Source: Spirochaetales bacterium (GTDB lineage Bacteria > Spirochaetota > Spirochaetia > JABEVK01). Taken from it: a stretch of 64,000 nt of DNA. The notes below the pieces were generated by a model. The model saw only the letters and a program-made list of their open reading frames with translations. It was not told where the DNA came from and did not search any database. Both the position numbers and the translations under genes were made by a program. The stretch lies in assembly GCA_037142615.1 (NCBI GenBank), contig JBAXAI010000002.1:168436-232435 (forward strand), given 5' to 3'. This document shows positions 56,659 to 64,000 of this stretch, piece by piece (position 1 is the first letter of the stretch; every line of letters starts with the position of its first letter).

Positions 56659-56793
56659 ACTGAGGCTTTGTTCGATGGGAGGGAGCGTGGTGCTGGGCGA
56701 CCGGCGCGGCTCCCTTTCTTTTTGGTTGGACTAGCCTGAAATCTGCCTTGACAGGTAGTTTTGTTTTTGATAAGTTGGCGGTCGTATGATCAA

Positions 56794-56864
56794 TTCCGGG
56801 TGGTGTAATGGTAGCACTACAGACTCTGAATCTGTTTGTGAGGGTTCAAATCCTTCCCCGGAAG
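56794..56864 (+). tRNA. tRNA-Gln (CTG)
   Basis: TTCCGGG/CCCGGAA acceptor (U1-A72), ACAGA-CT-CTG-AA-TCTGT, GGTTCAAATCC. No encoded CCA. Confidence 0.95.
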
Positions 56865-56886
56865 TACTTTTTCCTATTTCCTTCTG

Positions 56887-56914
56887 AAAACCGGCTTTGG
56901 CCGGTTTTTTTTTT
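56887..56914 (+). terminator. Intrinsic terminator after tRNA-Gln
   Basis: AAAACCGGC-TTTG-GCCGG followed by T10. Confidence 0.85.
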
Positions 56915-56929
56915 GAATAAAGAGGTCCC

Positions 56930-58105
56930 ATGAACAATTTCTGCAGCCTGATCCTTGCCGACGGAACTTCCTTTCCAGGCACGGGCTTCGGTGCACAGGC
57001 ACCGCGACCTGATGAGCTGGCACCCGGTCGGGCCGACCGCAAGGCCTCGGGGGAGGTCGTGTTCAACACCGGCATGAGTGGTTACCACGAGATCCTCACC
57101 GATCCCTCGTATACGGCCCAGGTGGTGGTGATGACCTACCCCCACATCGGAAACTATGGTGCCGATGATGCCTGGTCAGAAATCGGCCCCGAAGTTGGCG
57201 TCGACAGGCTCAAGATCAAATGCGCGGCACTCGTTGTCAGGTCGCTGCATTCCGGTCCGGTACCCGAGGGTCGGCTCAGGCTCGAGGAGTTTCTCGCGCG
57301 CCACGAAACCCCCGGCCTCACCGGGGTCGATACCCGCCGACTCACCTTGCACCTGCGCGATCACGGGGCCCAAAACGGTGTCTTGGTGCGCACCGAGGCG
57401 GCTGTCCCGTCGGCAAGCGAACTTGCCACGGTGGAGGCCTACCTGGCGCGGTTCCCCTCGATGGAAGGCTGCAACCTCACCGCGGAAGTGGGAACCGGTT
57501 CCGCTGCCGTGTTTGGGGCCGGTGGTCATCGCCACCTCGTGATGGTCGACTCCGGCATCAAGATGAACATCATCCGCGAAATCGTGAAACTCGGCGCCCA
57601 GGTTACGGTGCTGCCGGACAACACGACCCGTGAACTCATCTTGGCCCAAACGCCCGACGCGGTGCTGTATTCTTCGGGACCGGGTGACCCCGCCGTGCTG
57701 GCGCAGCAGATCTCGCTGATTCGGAGCCTGTTCGACGTGGTGCCAGTTTTCGGCATTTGCCTGGGTCATCAGTTGATCAGCTTGGCCCTGGGGGCCAAGA
57801 CCTACAAGATGAAGTTCGGCCACCACGGCGTCAACCACCCGGTCCGCGACGAATTGACCCACAGGGTGTTTGTCACCAGCCAGAATCACGGCTTTGCCGT
57901 CGACGAAGCCACCCTGCCTCCCGAAATCGGGGTTTGGTTCCGCAATGCCAACGACCAAACCGTCGAGGGAATCTACCATAAGACCCGCAACATCAAGTGC
58001 GCCCAGTTTCATCCCGAAGCAGCCCCCGGTCCCCACGACTCCACCTGGATCTTCCAGTCGTTTCTCGATGCGATTCCCGCCAAAGCCACCCCGAGGAGAG
58101 CCTGA
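56930..58105 (+). CDS. carA: Carbamoyl-phosphate synthase small subunit
   Basis: GEVVFNT.M.GY.E.LTDPSY, GPGDP, GICLGHQ, QFHPE. Confidence 0.97.
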   Translation: MNNFCSLILADGTSFPGTGFGAQAPRPDELAPGRADRKASGEVVFNTGMSGYHEILTDPSYTAQVVVMTYPHIGNYGADDAWSEIGPEVGVDRLKIKCAALVVRSLHSGPVPEGRLRLEEFLARHETPGLTGVDTRRLTLHLRDHGAQNGVLVRTEAAVPSASELATVEAYLARFPSMEGCNLTAEVGTGSAAVFGAGGHRHLVMVDSGIKMNIIREIVKLGAQVTVLPDNTTRELILAQTPDAVLYSSGPGDPAVLAQQISLIRSLFDVVPVFGICLGHQLISLALGAKTYKMKFGHHGVNHPVRDELTHRVFVTSQNHGFAVDEATLPPEIGVWFRNANDQTVEGIYHKTRNIKCAQFHPEAAPGPHDSTWIFQSFLDAIPAKATPRRA

Positions 58106-61100
58106 TGCCCGCCCGAAAAGACTTGAAGAAGATTCTGCTCATCGGCTCTGGCCCTATCGTGATTGGTCAGGCCTGCGAGTTTGACTACTCCGGAAGCCAG
58201 GCCGTCAAAGCGCTCAAGGAAGAAGGCTACACCGTCGTGCTGGTGAACCCGAACCCCGCGACGATGATGACCACCCCCGGGTTGGCCGACACCGTGTACA
58301 TGGAACCGCTCACGCCCGAATACATGGAACAGATCCTCAAGCTCGAAAGGCCCGATGCCGTCATCTCGACCATGGGCGGTCAGACAGCGCTCAACTTGGC
58401 GCTCACTTTGAGCGACCGCGGCATCCTGCAGAAGTACGGCGTCGAGGTGATCGGCGCCAACATCGACGCCATCCGTTTGGCCGAAGACCGGGGTCTCTTC
58501 AAAGCCAAAATGCAGGAGATTGGCCTCGAAAGTCCGCTGTCCAAGCTCGTTCACAGTTACGAAGAGGCCCAAGCTCTCGAACTCGATCCCGGCTTTCCTC
58601 TCATTCTTCGGCCCAGCTTCACTTTGGGCGGCATGGGTGGGGGTATCGCCCGCAGTCGCGACGAGTTTAAGTTCATGCTCGAACATGCTTTAGCGGAATC
58701 ACCCGTGCACACCTGTCTCGTGGAAGAATCGCTGATCGGTTGGAAAGAGTTCGAAATGGAGGTCATGCGCGACAAGGCCGACAACGCGATCGTGGTCTGT
58801 TCCATCGAAAACATCGACCCCATGGGGGTCCACACGGGCGACTCGATCACCATTGCCCCCATCCAAACCCTCAGCGACCAGGAATACCAGCGCATGCGCG
58901 ACGCTTCCATTCTTGTTCTTCGGGCGGTGGGCATCGACTGCGGCGGGTCCAACGTGCAGTTCGCCGTTCATCCCACCAACGGCCGCATGATCGTCATCGA
59001 AATGAACCCCCGTGTTTCCCGGTCTTCGGCTCTGGCGTCGAAGGCCACGGGCTTCCCCATCGCCAAGTGTTCGGCGCGCCTGGCTGTCGGCTACACCCTC
59101 GACGAAGTGATCAACGAGATCACTGGCAAAACCGTCAGCTGTTTTGAGCCCGCGCTCGACTACTGTGCGGTCAAGGTGCCTCGCTTCGAGCTCGAGAAGT
59201 TCCCCAACGGCTACCGCACGCTGGGCACCCAGATGAAGTCGGTCGGCGAGAGTTTGGCTTTGGGACGTACCGCCCTCGAGGCGCTCAACAAGGCCATCCG
59301 GGCCACCGAAACCGGGCTCCAGGGCCTTCAGGTGATCAAGAACGTCAGCGATGCCGAACTCGAAGTGATGCTGACCACCCTCCACCCGAAGCGCCTGTTG
59401 GCGGCGTTCACCGACCTCAAGAGAGCGGGCTCTCAGGGAGTCGAAGAACGTGCCAAGGAACTCCACGCGATCACGGGTTTCGATCCGTGGTTTCTGCACC
59501 TTCTTGGGCAGCAAGTCCTTCTCGAAGAGAAGCTGGCGGTCGGCCCTTTGACGGCTGAGCTTCTGCTGGAGTCCAAACAGGCCGGACTGTCCGACCAACA
59601 CATCAGCGTGGTCTCCGGCCTCGCCCGCAGCGAAATCGAAGAACTGCGTCAGCGGCACGGCATCGTCGCCGCCTTCCACTTCGTCGACACCTGCGCCGGC
59701 GAGTTCGAGGCGGCGACGCCGTTCTTCTACTCCACCTACGGCGAAATCGACGAGGGGGGCTCCACGGGGCCTGGCGCTGTGGTCATCCTGGGATCGGGCC
59801 CCAACCGCATCGGCCAAGGCCTCGAGTTTGACACCGGCTGCACGCTGGCGTCGCTGGCCTACCGCAAGTACGGCCGAAAAACCATCATCATCAACTCGAA
59901 TCCCGAAACCGTCTCGACCGACTACAACGTGTCCGACCGTTTGTACATCGAGCCGCTGACCGCCGAACACGTCAAGGAAATCCTGCGCAAAGAGGGCGTT
60001 CACGACGTGGTCGTTCAGTTGGGAGGCCAGACTCCCCTCAATATGGCCGAAGAACTGCGCGACTGGGGTGCCAACATCATCGGCACGAGCCTGAACGGCA
60101 TCGACACGGCCGAGGACCGCGGGCTCTTTTCGGCGTTCATGACGCGGCTGGGCCTCCGACAGCCCGCCAACCGCAAGGCCTCCAACGCCACCGAGGTTCG
60201 CCGACTCGCCAAGGAAGTGGGGTTCCCCGTGCTGCTGAGGCCGAGTTTTGTTCTCGGAGGGCGGTCCATGTTCATCGCCAGCACGCCCGAGGACCTCGAA
60301 GTTTTTGTTGCCAAGGGTGTCGAGATGAGCGAAAAGCGCCCAGTTCTCGTCGACCAGTTCCTCGAAGACGCCTTTGAGTACGATCTCGACGCCGTGAGCG
60401 ACGGCAAGAACATCTACATCGGCGGCATCATGGAGCACATCGAGGCGGCCGGCATCCACTCCGGCGACTCAGCCTGCGTGTTCCCGGCCTTCATGACCAA
60501 GCCGCATATTCTCGAAGAGATGATTCAGGCCACAGCCCTGATTGCGCGCGAACTGCCCGTTGTAGGCTTTTTGAACATCCAGTTCGCCGAAAAAGACGGG
60601 CTGCTGTACATCCTCGAAGTAAATCCCCGGGCCAGTCGCACGGTGCCCTTTTTGTCCAAGGCCAGCGGCGTGAGCTTGATCGAAACGGGCGTTCGCGTCT
60701 GGATGGGCGAAGACCTGAAGCAGCAGGGCCTCGTCGATGCTGTATCCGGCCTTGGCGTGGGCAAGTGTCTCACCGGCTGGGCCGTCAAAGAGGCTGTCTT
60801 CAGCTTTGATCGCTTCCACGACCTCGACCCGGTGCTCGGGCCCGAAATGAAGTCAACCGGGGAAAGCATGGGCACCGGTGCCAGTTTCGGAGAGGCCTAC
60901 GCCAAAGCGCAGGCGGGAGTCGGCACGCAGCTTCCTACCACCGGCAATGTCTTTGTTTCGGTGCATGACCTCGACAAGGCCTCCGTGCTTCCCATTGTCC
61001 AAGATCTCGCAGCGCTGGGCTTCTCATTCACGGCCACCGCCGGTACCGCCGACTTCCTGCGTGAAAACGGGATTGCGGCCGAAACGGTGCAGAAGATCCA

Positions 61101-61347
61101 GAAGGGACACCCCAACATCATCGACCACCTTCGTTCCGGCAAGGTGAACATGCTGATCAACACCCCCAAGGGTCGCTACAGCCATTCCGACGATGCCTCG
61201 ATCCGCATCGAAGCCGTGCGCAAGAAGATTCCCTACACCACCACCGTTTCGGCAGCCAAAGCCACGGTCGAAGGGATCAAGTACCTGGTCAAGAGGGAGT
61301 TCGTCGTCAGGCCGATGCCCAACCTTGGGGGGCCGCTCAACTACTGA
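58105..61347 (+). CDS. carB: Carbamoyl-phosphate synthase large subunit
   Basis: [17 protein letters not shown], two ATP-grasp halves, MGS domain. TGATG coupling with carA. Confidence 0.97.
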   Translation: MPARKDLKKILLIGSGPIVIGQACEFDYSGSQAVKALKEEGYTVVLVNPNPATMMTTPGLADTVYMEPLTPEYMEQILKLERPDAVISTMGGQTALNLALTLSDRGILQKYGVEVIGANIDAIRLAEDRGLFKAKMQEIGLESPLSKLVHSYEEAQALELDPGFPLILRPSFTLGGMGGGIARSRDEFKFMLEHALAESPVHTCLVEESLIGWKEFEMEVMRDKADNAIVVCSIENIDPMGVHTGDSITIAPIQTLSDQEYQRMRDASILVLRAVGIDCGGSNVQFAVHPTNGRMIVIEMNPRVSRSSALASKATGFPIAKCSARLAVGYTLDEVINEITGKTVSCFEPALDYCAVKVPRFELEKFPNGYRTLGTQMKSVGESLALGRTALEALNKAIRATETGLQGLQVIKNVSDAELEVMLTTLHPKRLLAAFTDLKRAGSQGVEERAKELHAITGFDPWFLHLLGQQVLLEEKLAVGPLTAELLLESKQAGLSDQHISVVSGLARSEIEELRQRHGIVAAFHFVDTCAGEFEAATPFFYSTYGEIDEGGSTGPGAVVILGSGPNRIGQGLEFDTGCTLASLAYRKYGRKTIIINSNPETVSTDYNVSDRLYIEPLTAEHVKEILRKEGVHDVVVQLGGQTPLNMAEELRDWGANIIGTSLNGIDTAEDRGLFSAFMTRLGLRQPANRKASNATEVRRLAKEVGFPVLLRPSFVLGGRSMFIASTPEDLEVFVAKGVEMSEKRPVLVDQFLEDAFEYDLDAVSDGKNIYIGGIMEHIEAAGIHSGDSACVFPAFMTKPHILEEMIQATALIARELPVVGFLNIQFAEKDGLLYILEVNPRASRTVPFLSKASGVSLIETGVRVWMGEDLKQQGLVDAVSGLGVGKCLTGWAVKEAVFSFDRFHDLDPVLGPEMKSTGESMGTGASFGEAYAKAQAGVGTQLPTTGNVFVSVHDLDKASVLPIVQDLAALGFSFTATAGTADFLRENGIAAETVQKIQKGHPNIIDHLRSGKVNMLINTPKGRYSHSDDASIRIEAVRKKIPYTTTVSAAKATVEGIKYLVKREFVVRPMPNLGGPLNY

Positions 61348-61649
61348 GGTCTTGCCTGCTTTTTCAACACCCCGTCTGGACCCACCGTCCAGCCTTCCGC
61401 CTCGAGCAGTCGTTTCTGCAGCAAATGCCCATCGGGATTGGTGATGGCGATGCGCCGGTCTTTACGTACCACGCGGTGCCAGGGCAGCGCATCCGCAGGC
61501 GTGCTGGTCTTCAGAACCCAGGCCACCGTGCGGGCAGCCCGGGGGTAGCCCGCGGCTTCACCCACCTCGCCGTAGCTCATCACCTCACCCAGGGGAATGG
61601 CCCGGATCACAGCGCGTACGTCTTCCCAAGGGCGCGAAGCTAGGCCCAC
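61341..61649 (-). CDS. Alkyltransferase-like protein (ATL/YbaZ, MGMT family)
   Basis: IP.GEV.SYG.V, PRAAR.V, PWHRV (Trp in place of the catalytic Cys), Q..LL.AEG. Start is approximate. Confidence 0.85.
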   Translation of the reverse strand: MGLASRPWEDVRAVIRAIPLGEVMSYGEVGEAAGYPRAARTVAWVLKTSTPADALPWHRVVRKDRRIAITNPDGHLLQKRLLEAEGWTVGPDGVLKKQARPQ

Positions 61650-62434
61650 GAAGGCACCTCGGCCAGGTGCTCGCTCCCGAGCCAGCGACTCATCGCTTCC
61701 AGCACAACAGCGGGCTTCTCGACGTGCAACCAGTGTCCAGCCCCTTCCGCCTCCACCATCGTCGCACGTGGAAAGCGCTCGCGGATGGCAACCTCGTCGC
61801 CCGGGCGGACATAGTCCGAGGCTCCACCGTACAGGAACAAGGCCGGAACCTCCGACGGGGCGAGTTCGTTCGTCACCCCTTGCCAGATTGTGTCGTACGC
61901 TTCGTCTAGACCCCCCAGATCGAGCAGCCACTTCCAGCGTCCCGCCTCTCGCTCATCCGGCACGAGGCTCTTGAGCAGAAACGCCAGTGTCGCCGCGTCG
62001 ATGAGGCCTTCCAGCCGTTTTCGTGCATCATCGCGCGAACTCACGCGCGCCAGATCCAGGCCCCGCATCGCCGTTAGGTAGGGCAAGTACTGGGGCTCGT
62101 AGTCGCGCACCCCCATGTCGAGGGCGGCTACTCCCGTCACCAAACCAGGGTATTTCAGCGCAACTTCCAGCGCGATTTTCCCTCCCAACGAATGACCAGC
62201 GACCACGCACGGCGCAAGCCCCAACTGTCGGACAGTGTCGGCCACATCCTCGGCCATCGCTCCCCTCGTCAGCTCTCCACGTGGCGACAGGCCGTGGCCC
62301 CGCAGGTCGGGCAAATACACCTGCATCCCTACCATTCGCGCAGCCAGGCCCCACCAATTGTCGCCCGAGCCGAACAGTCCGTGCAAAAAGACCATCGGAG
62401 TGCCGCTTCCTTGCACCTTGGAATGGAGAACCAT
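61640..62434 (-). CDS. Alpha/beta hydrolase (YbfF-like esterase)
   Basis: LHGLFGS..NW, DLR.HG.S, GHSLGG, AGHWLH.E.P. Confidence 0.9.
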   Translation of the reverse strand: MVLHSKVQGSGTPMVFLHGLFGSGDNWWGLAARMVGMQVYLPDLRGHGLSPRGELTRGAMAEDVADTVRQLGLAPCVVAGHSLGGKIALEVALKYPGLVTGVAALDMGVRDYEPQYLPYLTAMRGLDLARVSSRDDARKRLEGLIDAATLAFLLKSLVPDEREAGRWKWLLDLGGLDEAYDTIWQGVTNELAPSEVPALFLYGGASDYVRPGDEVAIRERFPRATMVEAEGAGHWLHVEKPAVVLEAMSRWLGSEHLAEVPSWA

Positions 62435-62467
62435 GACAAGCTCCTCAACTTCGATTATAGATATAGG

Positions 62468-63007
62468 ATGAAGTACGATGCGCTTCTCGACAAGGCAATC
62501 CGCAAGGTGCCCAATTTTCCCCATGAGGGAGTTCTGTTCTACGACATCACCGGCATTCTCGGAAACCCGGAAGCCTTCCGACACGTCAACCAGGCGCTGG
62601 CCAAGCTCTACGCCGGCAAGGGTCTGGCGGGAATCGCCGTTGTCGAGTCACGCGGGTTTGTTTTTGGTGCACCCTTGGCAGACAGTTTGGGAGTTCCTCT
62701 GATCTTGGTTCGCAAAAAAGGCAAACTACCAGGCAAGACACTCGCGCGTTCGTATGCGCTCGAGTACGGCGAGGCCATTATAGAAGTCCAGCCGCAAGAT
62801 GTCCCCCCCGGAGGCAGATTGCTCCTGGTCGATGATTTGTTGGCGACCGGGGGAACCCTGCGGGCCGCTGCCGAACTCCTTGAGGCTGCAGGTGGCGTTG
62901 TGACCGACCTTTTCTGCGTCGTGGGGCTTCCCTTCCTGCATCCCGAGCGAGTCTTGGGTGACCGCAAAGTCGAGACTCTCATCGACTACGCCGGCGAAAG
63001 CCTCTAG
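62468..63007 (+). CDS. apt: Adenine phosphoribosyltransferase
   Basis: FP..GV.F.DIT, ESRGF, RKKGKLPG, Y.LEYG, VDDLLATGGT. Confidence 0.96.
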   Translation: MKYDALLDKAIRKVPNFPHEGVLFYDITGILGNPEAFRHVNQALAKLYAGKGLAGIAVVESRGFVFGAPLADSLGVPLILVRKKGKLPGKTLARSYALEYGEAIIEVQPQDVPPGGRLLLVDDLLATGGTLRAAAELLEAAGGVVTDLFCVVGLPFLHPERVLGDRKVETLIDYAGESL

Positions 63008-63017
63008 TCCGGAGTTT

Positions 63018-63647
63018 CTACTTTGTCAACAACCGCTTCAGTTCGCTGAGCACTGCCTCGGGTGGCGGCGAGGCGTCGATGTCATGGAGAAGCCCTCGTT
63101 GGCGGTACCACTCAATGAGGGGGGCTGTCTGGCTCTTGTAGACCCGAAGACGCTCTTCAATCGCCGCCGGCTCGTCATCGGCGCGCTGTATGAGCGAGCC
63201 GCCGCAGGAATCACAGATTCCTTCCTTCTCGGGCTTGCGGCTCTCGGTATGGAACCCGGCACCACACGACTTGCAGACACGCCGGCCCGAGAGGCGCCGG
63301 ACGATCTCCTCGTCTTCGAGAACAAAGTTAACTACCGCGTTGAGCGACTCCACCTGTGCCAAGGCTTCGGCCTGAGCAATGGTCCGTGGAAATCCGTCGA
63401 GCAGGTACCCCGGGCGGACGTCGGGCTGTTCCAGCCGGTCTTTCACGATTTCAATGGTCACGTCATCGGGGACGAGGGCCCCTGAATCCAAGATTGCCTT
63501 GACTCGAACGCCGAGGGGGGTTTGATTTCGAATATTGGCGCGGAAGATATCACCGGTCGACACGTGAACGACGCCGAAGGTTGCTTTGGCCAACGACGCC
63601 AAAGTTCCTTTACCTGCACCCGGTGGGCCGAGAAAGACAAGCTTCAT
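63018..63647 (-). CDS. adk: Adenylate kinase with a zinc-type LID
   Basis: GPPGAGKGT, STGDIFR, LDGFPRT, CKSC...CDSC LID. Confidence 0.97.
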   Translation of the reverse strand: MKLVFLGPPGAGKGTLASLAKATFGVVHVSTGDIFRANIRNQTPLGVRVKAILDSGALVPDDVTIEIVKDRLEQPDVRPGYLLDGFPRTIAQAEALAQVESLNAVVNFVLEDEEIVRRLSGRRVCKSCGAGFHTESRKPEKEGICDSCGGSLIQRADDEPAAIEERLRVYKSQTAPLIEWYRQRGLLHDIDASPPPEAVLSELKRLLTK

Positions 63648-63889
63648 GGTGTCTCCTTGAACAAACTTTGGTACTTCAGATGAACCTCGGCACATTCCGG
63701 GCTGCAAAGTACGGGGCCTCCGGCTTCGCCGTAACCGGTTCCTCGCTCGAAGAATCGCGAGCACACCGTGCAACACAGGTTCTCGCGTGAGCACTCCGGA
63801 GAGCAGTATACTTGGGCTGAACCTTCTTGCAAAGTCATCCAGCGTCCGCAAGTCAGGCAGGCTCTAGTCAGCTTCCCATCAGTTTCCAT
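63644..63889 (-). CDS. Small Cys-rich putative metal-binding protein (81 aa)
   Basis: Two CxxC...CSPEC units; ATGA overlap with adk. Confidence 0.65.
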   Translation of the reverse strand: METDGKLTRACLTCGRWMTLQEGSAQVYCSPECSRENLCCTVCSRFFERGTGYGEAGGPVLCSPECAEVHLKYQSLFKETP

Positions 63890-64000
63890 TGCCTCAAGTA
63901 TCGTGCAACCGTTCACAAAAATCCCCAAGTTTCGTTCGGCGGCCAGTTGACGCGCTTGGGCGGGTCTGCTATGTTCACTCTCGCCGCTAGCGAACAACGC

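Noticed and set aside
57997-58104. N-terminal extensions in the ORF track for carB (also adk, apt, P83/100, the methyltransferase, ATL, the 41190 ORF)
   Set aside because: They overlap neighbouring genes. Family homology and SD positions support the downstream starts used here.

Overview
A 64-kb, GC-rich, gene-dense window of core chromosome from a spirochaete, judged from two flaA genes, a P83/100 homolog, fused pyrBI, a PlzA-type PilZ protein and TP0261/TP0262-like cNMP genes. It holds about 60 CDS covering translation (infC-rpmI-rplT, miaA, rsmE, RNase Z), cell wall and division (ftsB, ftsI, PBP1A, two LysM-M23 peptidases, zapAB), pyrimidine and purine metabolism (pyrBI, carAB, apt, adk), ClpC, a Gld-like ABC system and three Maf/DUF115 paralogs, plus tRNA-Leu(TAA) and tRNA-Gln(CTG). 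No phage, IS, integrase or CRISPR array was seen. The strongest unannotated signals are: (1) a putative sigma28-driven operon (acidic disordered protein, then an ORF split by an A10 slippery tract needing a -1 shift, then maf-maf); (2) a three-hairpin candidate sRNA of about 90 nt with C-rich anti-Shine-Dalgarno loops behind a sigma28-like promoter; (3) an unannotated 40-aa ORF resembling a secreted peptide; (4) five genes with a leaderless TANNNT-N6-ATG architecture; (5) an internally deleted lipoprotein/NHL pseudogene; (6) a REP-like palindrome plus 48-bp tandem repeats. All calls come from reading the sequence; no database searches were run.
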